Assembly (NCBI RefSeq): GCF_000737315.1
Contig: NZ_JMCB01000016.1
Location: 10,052-74,051, forward strand
Source: Hyalangium minutum
GTDB lineage: Bacteria > Myxococcota > Myxococcia > Myxococcales > Myxococcaceae
Direction of reading: 5' to 3'
DNA length: 64,000 nt
Shown: in pieces, positions 9,229 through 18,900 of the stretch
How the letters are laid out: every line of letters starts with the position of its first letter
Position numbering within the stretch: position 1 is the stretch's first letter
Made by a program: the position numbers and the translations under genes
The notes under the pieces: model-generated
What the model was told of the DNA's origin: nothing
Databases searched by the model: none
Seen by the model: the letters and a program-made list of their open reading frames with translations, nothing else

Positions 9229-10671
9229 TCAGCGCAAGACTTCCCTCAGGGCCGTCTTCGCCGCGTGGTAGCCGGACATGCCATGGACCCCGCCTCCCGG
9301 AGGGGTGGAGGCCGAGCACAGGTAGAGCCCCTTCACGGGTGTCTTGTACGGGTTCATCCGGGGCGCCGGCCGCGTGAAGATCTGCGAGAGCATGTTGGCG
9401 CCGCCGGTGATGTCGCCTCCGATGAGGTTGGCGTTGTGGCGTTCCATGGCGGCCGGGCCCATGACGTGGCGGGCGACGATGGTGTCCTTGAAGCCCGGGG
9501 CGAAGCGCTCCACCTGTTGCTCGATGCGGTCCGTGACGTCCAGGTCTCCGCCGTGAGGCACATGGCAGTACGCCCAGGCGGTCTGCTTCCCGGCGGGGGC
9601 GCGGCTGGCATCGAACGGGTACTGCACCAGCAGCACGTAGGGCTTCTCGGCGTAGCGCTGCTCCCAGGGGGCCTGCTCGGAGGCGGCGAGCTCGTCGAAC
9701 GTGCCGCCCAGGTGAAGGGTGCCCGCGTCCCGGCAGGCAGCGGCCTTCCAGGGGATGGGCTCCGACAGCGCCCAGTCCACCTTGTGCACGCCCGGGCCGT
9801 AGCGGAACGCCTGGAGGTGCTTCCGGTAGCCTTCGGGCAGCCGGGAGCCGGCGAGCTTCAGGAGCTGCCGGGCGGTGACATCGCAGAGGATGGCCTTCGC
9901 CGGAGGCAGCTCGTCGAGGCTCTCGACGCGCGCGTTCAGCTCGATGTCGCCGCCCAGGGAGCGGAGGAGGGACGCCAGGGCATCGGCCAGCTTCTGGGAG
10001 CCGCCCTTCGCCACGGGCCAGCCTGCCGCGTGGGCGCTGGTGCCGAGCACGAGCCCGAACGCGCTGGTGGCCATCGAGTCCAGCGGCAGAATGGAGTGCG
10101 CGGCCACACCCGCGAACAGGGCCTTGGCGGGGTCTCCATCGAACCACGTGTGCGCGAGGCCCCGGGCGGAGCGCAGCGCCATGAGCCCGAAGCGGGCCAT
10201 GGCGAGGGGGTGCTTCGGGAAGGGATTGAAGGGGCCGAGCAGCTCCGGCACGAGCTTCTCCCAGTCGCGCACGAGGGGCCCATAGAGCTGCTTCCAGGCC
10301 TCTCCGTCGCGGCCCAGCGTGGCGGCCGTCTCCTCCAGGGAGCGATAAGCCACGGCGGCGGTGCCGTCGTCGAGCGGATGGGCGTAGGGGGCCTTGGGGA
10401 AGACGAGCTCCAGCCCGTGCTCGGCCAGCGGGAGGCTGCGCAGGAACGGAGAGGCCACGGCCAGGGCCTGGACAGTGGAGCAGATGTCGTGGATGAAGCC
10501 GGGCAGCGTCAGCTCGGCGGAGCGGCATGAGCCGCCGACCGCGTCATTCGCCTCGCGCACCAGCACCGAGCGCCCCGCCTGGGCCAGCACGATGGCTGCC
10601 GCCAGTCCGTTGGGGCCTGCTCCGATCACCACCGCGTCGTAGGACTTCGCCAAGGTAGCCCCCACTCTCAT
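9229..10671 (-). CDS. Phytoene desaturase-family FAD-dependent oxidoreductase
   Basis: YDAVVIGAGPNGLAAA, VGGSCRS, GLYLCSASTPPGGGVHGMSGYHAA. Confidence 0.9.
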   Translation of the reverse strand: MRVGATLAKSYDAVVIGAGPNGLAAAIVLAQAGRSVLVREANDAVGGSCRSAELTLPGFIHDICSTVQALAVASPFLRSLPLAEHGLELVFPKAPYAHPLDDGTAAVAYRSLEETAATLGRDGEAWKQLYGPLVRDWEKLVPELLGPFNPFPKHPLAMARFGLMALRSARGLAHTWFDGDPAKALFAGVAAHSILPLDSMATSAFGLVLGTSAHAAGWPVAKGGSQKLADALASLLRSLGGDIELNARVESLDELPPAKAILCDVTARQLLKLAGSRLPEGYRKHLQAFRYGPGVHKVDWALSEPIPWKAAACRDAGTLHLGGTFDELAASEQAPWEQRYAEKPYVLLVQYPFDASRAPAGKQTAWAYCHVPHGGDLDVTDRIEQQVERFAPGFKDTIVARHVMGPAAMERHNANLIGGDITGGANMLSQIFTRPAPRMNPYKTPVKGLYLCSASTPPGGGVHGMSGYHAAKTALREVLR

Positions 10672-10857
10672 GTGCTGCCTTCTCGCCTGTCCTACCTTAA
10701 AGGTGGGAGGCCTGAACTTCCCCTTAGGGGTTTTCCGCCGCTCGTGTTGAGGGCTGAAAATCGGCTCTCTGCGGCGCTCGTTCGATCGCCCGCCTGCTGG
10801 ACGTTCCCGCGTCCGGGGCTGTGCCGGGCCGGGGATCCGATCCTTACCTTGGGAGCC

Positions 10858-11793
10858 ATGAACGCGGAGGCGCTGGCCAACCTCGAGGAAGGCGCGAGCG
10901 GGGAGCGCACCCTGCGCATTGCAGGCCGCGAGCTGCGCCTGACCCACCTGGACAAGCCGTTCTGGCCGGAGCTGGGCATCACCAAGGGAGACCTGCTGCG
11001 CTACTACGCGCAGGTGGCGCCGGTGCTGCTGCCCCACGTCGCGGACCGGGCCATGGTGATGAAGCGGTACCCGAACGGGGCCTTCGGGCCGTTCTTCTTC
11101 ATGAAGCGGGCGCCGGTGCCACGGCCGGAGTGGGTGAAGACGTGCTCCATCACCCACGGCTCGGGCAACGTCATCGACTTCCCGGTGATTGGAGACCTGG
11201 CGTCGCTGCTCTGGGTGGTGAACCTGGGCTGCATCGACCTGAACCCCTGGTACGCGCGGTGCGATGACGTGCTGCGGCCGGACTACCTGCACTTCGATCT
11301 GGACCCGGGCCAGGCGCCCTGGGAGCAGGTGGTGGAAGTGGGCTTCATCCTGCGGGACGTGCTCAAGGGCCTGAAGATGCCGCCGCTGGTGAAGACCTCG
11401 GGCTCCAAGGGGCTGCACCTCTACATCCCCATTCGCCGGGGCCCGACGCAGAAGCAGGTGTGGACCATCGCGAAGGCGCTCGCGCAGGAGCTGGCCGCGG
11501 CGCACCCGGAGCTCGTCACCGCCGAGTACCGCATCGCCAAGCGCCCCGTGGGCCGCGTGCTCGTGGACTACAACCAGAACGCGCTGGGACGCACGCTGGC
11601 GTCCATCTACTCGGTGCGCCCCACGCCTGACGCCAGCGTGTCCACGCCCGTGACGTGGGAGGAACTGGAGAAGGGAGCGCGCATCGAGGACTTCACCCTG
11701 CGCAACGTGCCCGCCCGCGTGAAGCGCCGGGGAGACCTGTGGAAGCCGCTGCTGTCCGCGAAGGGGCGGGTGGACTTGGGGAGGTTCCTGTGA
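10858..11793 (+). CDS. LigD-type primase-polymerase (stand-alone polymerase domain)
   Basis: LTHLDKPFWP, KRYPNG, HFDLDP, KTSGSKGLHLYIP, VDYNQN, SIYSVRP. Confidence 0.92.
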   Translation: MNAEALANLEEGASGERTLRIAGRELRLTHLDKPFWPELGITKGDLLRYYAQVAPVLLPHVADRAMVMKRYPNGAFGPFFFMKRAPVPRPEWVKTCSITHGSGNVIDFPVIGDLASLLWVVNLGCIDLNPWYARCDDVLRPDYLHFDLDPGQAPWEQVVEVGFILRDVLKGLKMPPLVKTSGSKGLHLYIPIRRGPTQKQVWTIAKALAQELAAAHPELVTAEYRIAKRPVGRVLVDYNQNALGRTLASIYSVRPTPDASVSTPVTWEELEKGARIEDFTLRNVPARVKRRGDLWKPLLSAKGRVDLGRFL

Positions 11794-12881
11794 AGCCGCC
11801 ACGTACCGCCGGGCCTGCCTCGTGGGCAGCGCTGGACTTGCCGCTGACGCCGCCGTACCCGCCCATGGAGGCGGAGCTGGTGCGGGACATTCCCCCGGGA
11901 GACGACTGGCAGTACGAGCCCAAGTGGGACGGCTTCCGGTGCATCGTCTACCGGGACGGGGACCACGTGGAGCTGCAGTCCAAGGCGGGCCAGCCGCTGG
12001 GCCGGTACTTCCCGGAGCTCGTCGAGGCCGTGCGCGAGCTGTCGCCCCAGCGCTTCGTGCTGGATGGGGAGATCGTCATCCCGGAGGAGGGCGGGCTCTC
12101 GTTCGACGCGCTGCTGCTTCGCATCCACCCCGCGGCGAGCCGGGTGGCCATGCTGGCGAAGCAGAGCCCCTCGCGGCTGTACGTGTTCGATCTGCTGGTG
12201 GACGCGCGGAGGCAGCTCCTCACCGACAAGCCGCTGATGGTGCGGCGGGAGAAGCTGGAGGCGTTCGCCTCGCGCTACCTGGAGCCAGCGGGGCAGATCC
12301 GGCTGTCACCGGCGACGCACTCGCAGAAGGTGGCGCGGGCGTGGCTGGGCTCGCAGGGGATGGATGGGGTGGTGGCCAAGCGGCTGTCTTCCCAGTACAC
12401 GTCAGGCGAGCGCACGGGGATGGTGAAGGTGAAGCCACAGCGCACGGCGGACTGCGTGGTGGGAGGCTTCCGCTGGGCGGAGCGGCGGGAGAGTGGGGTG
12501 GGCTCCATCCTGCTGGGCCTGTACGGGAAGGACGGGCTGCTGCACCACGTGGGTTACTGCTCGAGCTTCTCGGCGAAGGACAAGAAGGAACTGGTGGAGC
12601 CGCTGGAGTCCCTCCGGGGTGCTCCGGGGTTCACGGGCAAGGCGCCGGGAGGCCCGAGCCGCTGGAGCAAGCGGGACGGGGCCTGGGAGCCGCTGCAAAC
12701 GCGGTTGGTGGTGGAGGTGGCGTACGACCACTTCAGCCAGGGGCGTTTCCGGCACGGCACCCAGTTCGTGCGCTGGCGCCCGGACAAGGCGCCGGAGCAG
12801 TGCCGCATGGAGCAGGTGCTGCGGCGGCGCTCGCGGGCCGAGGTTCCCTACGTGGAACCGGGTGACGTCCACGCCCCGTGA
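11790..12881 (+). CDS. ligC: ATP-dependent DNA ligase, LigC-like
   Basis: YEPKWDGFR motif I, LDGEIV, VFDLL, DGVVAK, MVKVK, FRHGT. The GTG start overlaps the previous stop codon. Confidence 0.88.
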   Translation: MKPPRTAGPASWAALDLPLTPPYPPMEAELVRDIPPGDDWQYEPKWDGFRCIVYRDGDHVELQSKAGQPLGRYFPELVEAVRELSPQRFVLDGEIVIPEEGGLSFDALLLRIHPAASRVAMLAKQSPSRLYVFDLLVDARRQLLTDKPLMVRREKLEAFASRYLEPAGQIRLSPATHSQKVARAWLGSQGMDGVVAKRLSSQYTSGERTGMVKVKPQRTADCVVGGFRWAERRESGVGSILLGLYGKDGLLHHVGYCSSFSAKDKKELVEPLESLRGAPGFTGKAPGGPSRWSKRDGAWEPLQTRLVVEVAYDHFSQGRFRHGTQFVRWRPDKAPEQCRMEQVLRRRSRAEVPYVEPGDVHAP

Positions 12882-12946
12882 GCTAGGGAGCGCGGACCCG
12901 CCTGCACCGCTGGAAGTCGTGGGTGTGATAACCCGTCTGCTGCTCT

Positions 12947-13079
12947 GGGAGCGAAAACACCGCCGCAGGCGTAACGCTGTGGAGGTAACGGCGGTACCGC
13001 GCTCTTGAGTGGGGGGAGGAGCGCGGTGCTGCTAGGGATACTTTACTCCGGGCAACGGGTTCGATTCCCACCGCCTCCA
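12947..13079 (+). ncRNA. Candidate tRNA-like structured RNA (TPsiC loop plus alanine-type acceptor end); not a canonical tRNA
   Basis: 5' GGGAGCG can pair with 3' CGCCTCC-A (G3:U70, one mismatch). Internal perfect stems ACCGCCG/CGGCGGT and ACCGCGCTC/GAGCGCGGT; GGG-TTCGATT-CCC T-loop. Confidence 0.4.
13056..13079 (+). other. tRNA/tmRNA-type 3'-end sequence, probable attachment (att) core
   Basis: CGGGTTCGATTCCCACCGCCTCCA has the T-loop and acceptor pattern of tmRNA/tRNA-Ala 3' ends and sits just before the IS and foreign DNA. Confidence 0.6.
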
Positions 13080-13085
13080 TTCCGA

Positions 13086-13124
13086 GAATCCCAGTAATCT
13101 TGAAGGGGTGCTGGGTTTCTCTTT
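13086..13124 (+). terminator. Hairpin with T-rich tail after the tRNA-like 3' end
   Basis: gaatcccagta / tgctgggtttc imperfect stem followed by tcttt. Confidence 0.45.
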
Positions 13125-13144
13125 GGCCTCGTTTTCATCATGTG

Positions 13145-13155
13145 CCCCAGTGTAC
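13145..13155. repeat. Target-site duplication, left copy (CCCCAGTGTAC)
   Basis: Identical 11-mer at 14799-14809, abutting the right IS end. Confidence 0.85.
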
Positions 13156-14798
13156 CAGGCCTGCTGCGTTCTCCTGGGTGAGGATGGGAAGAAGGCGCCT
13201 GGGAACGGGAGGTTACGCACAGAAGAGGGGGAACGGAATCGGAGACGACCTTCCAGGTCGCTGTTCTGATCGCTTCCCTGGTGGGTAGGAAGTGCTCGAC
13301 ACTGAGGGAGCGGACAGAGGAGGAGGGACGGGGCCGGCGAGCCCCATCCCCCCAATGCCCCGTTCTGCGAGGCACGCGGAAGCGGGGCAGGAGGAGTCGA
13401 GCATGAGTGGACTGGGAGGGGACAACAGCGCCGAGTGCTGCAGCAGGCGCGGGTGGCGTGGGACAAGGCAGTGAAGGACCCGAGGGATGGCCGAGGCAGG
13501 AGGCATGGGCACCTGGGGTTGTTGGGGCTGGTGGTGGTGGCCTTCGCGGTGGGAAAGAAGGGGCTGAAGCAGGTGGCGCAGTTGGCCCAGGACGTGGGGG
13601 CGAGGACGCGAAAGCGGCTGGGACTGCCGCAAGCGGTAGTAGGCTCGACGCTGTGGCGCTTGCTGGAGAAGCAGCCTGCGGCCGGGTTGCGGGAGACGAT
13701 GATGGCGCAGGTGCAGCAGGTGCTCAAGGACCCGAGGACGCCGCGACTGGCGTTTCCCATGGGCGTGTTGAGCCTGGATGGAAAGAGCCTGTGGACCACC
13801 CACCAGGGCGAGGTGAAGGGCTTGGAGTCGGTGGCCAACAACGAGGCGGGCCGCGAGTTGTGGAGCCAGGGGGCGCTGCGGGCGGTGCTCACCAGCGTGG
13901 TGGCCGCGCCGTGCCTGGACATGGAGTTTGTCAGCGCCAAGCAGGGAGAGTCCCCCGCCTTGCGGCAGTTGTTTCCTCGGGTGGTGCAGGCCTATGGCGA
14001 GCACTTCGGGGTGGCGACGGGGGACGCGGGACTGACGGCCGCACCAAACGCCGCGCTGGTGCGACAGTGGGGCAAGCACTACTGCTTCGGGCTGAAGGCC
14101 AATCAACCTACCCTCCATGAGTACGCGGTGCGTGTCATCGCCGCCAAGCAGTGTCCGGCTCGGGCGCGAACCCAGGAGCGGGCTCATGGCAAGACGGTGG
14201 TGCGTGAGCTGTGGACGCCCGCGCTTGAGCCGGGCGAGGTGGACTTCCCGGGAGCACGCATGCTGCTGCTGGTGCGCCAGCAGCACTGGGGCGACGACGG
14301 CACCTGCGAGGAGGAATACCGCTACTTTGTTACCTCCCTGGACACCACCCTCTTCACCTTCAAACAACTGCTGCGGCTCGTACGGGTGCACTGGGGCATC
14401 GAGAACCGGCACCACTGGACGCTCGATGTGGTGCTAGGCGAGGACGAGCACCAGCCCTGCCGCCCCACCCGCACGGCACTGGAGGTGGTGGCCTGGTTGC
14501 GTGCCATAGCCTTCAACCTGCTCTCCTTCTTCCGCGCGCGTCTTCCTCTGGAAGGCCGCCACCTCGTGCAGTGGGATCGAGCCTGCGAACTGCTCCGCGA
14601 CAGCCTCGTCCACGGGCGCAGGCTGGAGACTCTCCTCACTGCTGCCTGAGGGCTCGCCGGCCCTCCCTCCGCTCCTGGCCGCCACAGCCTTCGTTGCTCA
14701 CGGCGCTCCGGCCGAGCGGCGGAGCTTTGTCTCAGCGCTCCTCGCTCTCATACGGCGCCTTCACGCAACCGCAATCGCCCGACAACGCATCAGATCTG
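13156..14798 (+). mobile_element. Complete ISAs1-family insertion sequence (1643 bp)
   Basis: Imperfect terminal inverted repeats: CAGGCCTGCTGCGTT (left) vs CAGATCTGATGCGTT (right end, reverse complement), both with gaaggcgcc further in. Flanked by a direct repeat; encodes a transposase. Confidence 0.85.
13435..14649 (+). CDS. ISAs1-family DDE transposase
   Basis: LSLDGKSL, TGDAGLT, GLKANQPTL, RVHWGIENRHHWTLDVVLGED (ISAs1 signature). The RBS-preceded ATG at 13403 is one base out of frame with the GTG at 13435. Confidence 0.9.
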   Translation: MLQQARVAWDKAVKDPRDGRGRRHGHLGLLGLVVVAFAVGKKGLKQVAQLAQDVGARTRKRLGLPQAVVGSTLWRLLEKQPAAGLRETMMAQVQQVLKDPRTPRLAFPMGVLSLDGKSLWTTHQGEVKGLESVANNEAGRELWSQGALRAVLTSVVAAPCLDMEFVSAKQGESPALRQLFPRVVQAYGEHFGVATGDAGLTAAPNAALVRQWGKHYCFGLKANQPTLHEYAVRVIAAKQCPARARTQERAHGKTVVRELWTPALEPGEVDFPGARMLLLVRQQHWGDDGTCEEEYRYFVTSLDTTLFTFKQLLRLVRVHWGIENRHHWTLDVVLGEDEHQPCRPTRTALEVVAWLRAIAFNLLSFFRARLPLEGRHLVQWDRACELLRDSLVHGRRLETLLTAA

Positions 14799-14809
14799 CC
14801 CCAGTGTAC
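14799..14809. repeat. Target-site duplication, right copy (CCCCAGTGTAC)
   Basis: Identical 11-mer at 13145-13155, abutting the left IS end. Confidence 0.85.
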
Positions 14810-15121
14810 TCCTCGGGTGTCTCAAGCCCAGAACGGCGCGTGGCTGGGGGGGACGGGCCGATCCAACTCGTGCGCCGTGTGCTCTCTCTTGGGGGAACTA
14901 GGGAATAGTTCATGTTGCCCCAAAGAGGAGGTGGCTCCAGTGGCAGGTATAACCAAGGCGAGCAGGCTCTCTTACATGACCTGTCGTCCAAGAGCCGCGA
15001 CTGGGCGGTTATGCCGGTCGGAAGTGGGCACATTTCCCTACCTGTGCGTAGAATCTCTTCCCGGAGACTGCTTGGCCCATAGTAATCTGCACTTTTCGCA
15101 AACCTCCACCAAGATCAGCGC

Positions 15122-15946
15122 ATGCACTTCTCGGTCATCGCCCAGCAGGATACGCCACTGCCAGAAGCCCATCGCTGGGCAGCAGTAACGTGTGGGTGCA
15201 AGCCCGATGTCACCCTAGAAGAGGATGCTGCGGCAATGGTGCGGGCAGCCTACGGCGAGCAGGAATTCTTGGCTCAGCTTGGTCAGGTAGACCCTTCCGT
15301 TGCAGCAGACTTCGACCTCTCAAGCATCATGAAGGCATTTGGCCGAGGACTACCGGATCCAAAGGCCGAAGGAGACAAGCCTAGGCGGCTTTCAAACTTC
15401 CGGGCTGAGACGGCAGAGGTTCTTGCAAAGGCTGCTTTGGCAGACGTCTATGCAATTGATTTTCCTATTTCGGAGCAGGCCGGTAAGCAGAACGCGAACC
15501 AACCTGTCTTGGGATTCGACGGGTGCGGCTTCGTCACAATAGGCAACTCGACTGCTCTCGTGTTAGTGACCGTTAAAGGAAGTGACGATGCGAATCGGCC
15601 TCCTGCTATCGCTCAAGAACTCATCAAAGAGTGTACGAAAGCACCTAAGGAGCCAGACAAGCTGTGCCGCACTCTCACCGCGTTACTACTGCGAGTGAAG
15701 AGCGCAGCAGTGAAGGCTTCCATCATCAAGATGCTGGAACTTCTGGGGAAAGCTGTTCTCCCGAAGATTGTCGTTGCTCCAGTACTCGTTCGCGGAAAGA
15801 TTTCGGCCCATTTAGATGACCTCGGTTCAGTCATGAACGCGGTCGCCAACTTTTCCCCTGCCACGACGTATGGACTCGTATTAGGCGTAGGTATTACGCT
15901 CGGAGACTTTGGCCACTCAGTCATGTTGAAGGCGAGGGCTGACTGA
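15122..15946 (+). CDS. HamA-like / PD-(D/E)XK-like protein, putative defence nuclease subunit
   Basis: RAETAEVLA...KQNANQPVLGFDG...LVLVTVKGS resembles the GE-LL / K-x-G-x-D / E-x-K layout of HamA (DUF1837). AT-richer codon usage; TGATG overlap with the helicase. Confidence 0.55.
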   Translation: MHFSVIAQQDTPLPEAHRWAAVTCGCKPDVTLEEDAAAMVRAAYGEQEFLAQLGQVDPSVAADFDLSSIMKAFGRGLPDPKAEGDKPRRLSNFRAETAEVLAKAALADVYAIDFPISEQAGKQNANQPVLGFDGCGFVTIGNSTALVLVTVKGSDDANRPPAIAQELIKECTKAPKEPDKLCRTLTALLLRVKSAAVKASIIKMLELLGKAVLPKIVVAPVLVRGKISAHLDDLGSVMNAVANFSPATTYGLVLGVGITLGDFGHSVMLKARAD

Positions 15947-18900
15947 TGGACGAGTTCCTCCAACTTGCTGAAGCCCAAGAAGTATCCACCCTCCTGAGCA
16001 AGGTTGATACCGCCGAACTTGCTGTTCGTCTGGGCATTGACACAGTAACCACTCCACCAAAAGCCGAGGCTCGGCTGCGAGTAGCAGCAGTGACCGCCTT
16101 CGCTCAGCGAATTAACGAACTCGGCGGCTCTGACTTCCTTCGCAACGACACAGATGCACTCGACGCTGTACATGAACAGGCTTGGCGTGCGGTGTTCTAT
16201 AAGTGGACTGGGTACCTCAGTGCCATGGAGGCACAAGGAGCGTCTCCATCCATAGACGACCTCATCCTCGCAGTCGCTTCCGGCTTAGCAGCCCGGCGAC
16301 CAAGCGACGTACGCTTCATGCTCCATCGTCCCTTGGTTGGAACCGCGTTGGCGAGAGCTGCTACTGCGCAGCCCATGTGGGACCAGCGGGTACGTAACGA
16401 TATTGGACGGTCGTTAGTACATCTTGTGCGTCAGCGAGATCATGCTGATGTCGCAGAATCTGGCGAAGTCATTCGTCAACTAATGGTGAATCAGAAGACT
16501 GCTGAATCGCAGCGGTTTGAGCAGCAGAGCACGAAGTCAGGTGCATTCGGGCTACTTGGCTTATATCACCTTGCTGAAGCGACGATTCGAACATCCGAGT
16601 TCCTCCTCTCTGGCGCTGCAGGAAATGGGGAAAGAAAGAATCGAGACTTTGCCCCACAATTGCGACGCCTTCTCACGCGTGCCGAAGAGTACCTCGAACT
16701 TGCAGGAGACCCAGAGGCACTGCTTTGGCTGACCGGTGTGGCACTCGTCTTGGAATGCATCCGGAGCGATTCTCTCTGGACCCAGGCACGAGGCATTTCA
16801 GAAGGTCTCGATGCACTACTCGCAACAATTACTAGCAATGAACGCGAAAAACCGGTCTTCAGTCTTCTGCCTTCTCAGCAAGAGGCTTTACGTCAGCATC
16901 TTCTTGACCCAACCAGAGTCGCTGTTGTCCTTCAAATGCCGACTAGCGCGGGAAAGACCCTTCTTGCCGAATTCGCGATAGTTCAAGCTTTTGAGGCATA
17001 TAAGACTGGCACTCGCGCCATCTATCTCTGCCCCACTCGAGCATTGGCAACCCAAATTCGTCGGACACTTGGGGAAGACTTGGCGAGAGTGGGTATTCAG
17101 GTATCGGTCGCTGGGAGCGCGTTCGAAGAGGACCCCTTTGAACTCGAATTGCTTGAATCGTCCGATGGCGTAATTGTTGCCACTCCCGAGAAGCTCGATC
17201 TGCTGTTGAGAGCCCATCCTACATGGGCAGAAACACTGCGCCTCGTTATCGTAGACGAAGCACACCTCCTTAAAGACTCCGAGCGAGGAGTGCGGTTAGA
17301 ATTGCTTCTCGCGAACCTCCGTCGTGAGCATCCAGCGACACGCCTCCTATTACTCACCCCCTTCGTCGAAAATGCCTCTCAGATTGCAAGTTGGCTTGGC
17401 GAAAGCCGTGGGACACCCATTTCGGTCCATTGGCGCCCTTCTCGCGTCCTTTTAGGCCTCGCAACAATCAAGGGTGGAGGAAAGAATCGTGCACTCACAG
17501 TTGAATGGAAGGAACCGCACGAGAGCGCGCGAAAGCCGGACAACCTCAAAGTGCATGTTGACGTGCCCGCCGGCTTAGTCAACTCCGCTCAAGATCGTGT
17601 CGCCTATCTTTATGAACGCTTTAGCAAGCTTGGCACAGTTTTGACAATATGCAGCAATTCGCGTGTTGCTGCCGAACAAGTAGCCAGTAAGGTTGCTTTT
17701 GCTCAACCCGTGCTGGCTTCGACAACTCCGGCCCTCCGAGTTGCGATAGCACTAGCCCGCCATGACTATGGTGATGAGAGTCTCCTTGCAAATTGTCTTG
17801 AGCGGGGAGTTGCATTTCACCATTCTGCCTTGTCGCCCACTTTGAGGTATCTTGTTGAGGACCAGATCCGCGCTGGCACCATCAAGTTTGTGGCAGCAAC
17901 GTCGACCCTTGCACAAGGAATGAATTTCCCTGTGGCCGCAGTTCTTGTGCAGTCGGTTCACAAGCCCGAAGGCGCAGGTCCTCTGACGCCAGGAGAGTTC
18001 TGGAACATTGCTGGCCGTGCAGGCAGGGTTGGTGTTGCGGACCGTGGTGTTATTGTCTTCGTCAATCCCCAAGACCGCGAGCACTGGGAGAAATATTCCT
18101 CAAGCCTATCGGAGTCGCTCACATCGGCTCTTCTCTCAATTCTTGGGCAGTTAGGCGACGGGGCCTCGCTCAAAGAGCTTTATAAAAAGCATCCTGAACT
18201 CAGGCCTTTCATTCAGTACTTGGCGCATGCTGCCGCAACGTTAGGCCCAGCGAAGGCCACTGCCGACCTAGAGGAACTCCTCCAAGCAAGTTTGGCTAAC
18301 AGACAGGTAAAGTCTGGAGTACAAGCACAGCGGCTCAGAACCATTGCTCGATCCTATCTTAGGGAGATCGGCGGTAAGAATACCGGGTATCTGAAGATTG
18401 CGGATACTACCGGACTTGGTTCCTTCAGTTTCGACTCGCTCTTCGCTCAGATCACGCATGATGAGGTGCTGCGCAGCGGTCCTGGGGAGATTCTGCGCCA
18501 GCGGCAGAGAGGGCTTGACCACCTTGTCGATGCGCTCCAATGGCTACCAGAACTCAACCTAGCTATCGGGCTTGGTGAAGGCCAGATGGATGTGCAAGCC
18601 GTCGCACGCATCGTCCAAGGTTGGATGGACGGGTCCCCCATTCATAAGCTTGCATCCGAATTCAGAGGGAAAGACCTTCCTGAACAGACTCGCAAAGCGG
18701 GTGCTTACGTTTACAGCAAGGTATCACAGACCATCTCGTGGGGCGCGCACGCTTACCTTCGTGGCTGGAGCATGCGAGCAAATATCGACGTGGATAAGAT
18801 TCCACCCAAAGATGCCATGCTGCCTACCTATATTCAGTACGGCGTCCACTCTCCCGAGGCGGCGGTGGCCTCTCTTCTAGGAGTACCTAGAGCTTTTTCA

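Noticed and set aside
9229-10671. Carotenoid biosynthesis cluster
   Set aside because: Lone phytoene-desaturase-family oxidoreductase with no crtB/crtE or other car genes nearby.
7814-11802. Very long ORF-track calls 7814..10528 and 9229..11802
   Set aside because: They are upstream extensions through GC-rich stop-poor DNA. Real starts are at 9097 (signal peptide) and 10671 (Rossmann motif), and the extensions overlap other genuine genes.
12947-13079. Canonical tRNA, tRNA-Sec or full tmRNA
   Set aside because: No D-arm or anticodon arm of proper size, no UCA anticodon loop, and no tag reading frame or tmRNA length. Kept only as a tRNA-like candidate.
12883-13080. Minus-strand ORF MEAVGIEP...
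   Set aside because: Typical spurious translation of the reverse complement of a tRNA/tmRNA 3' end.
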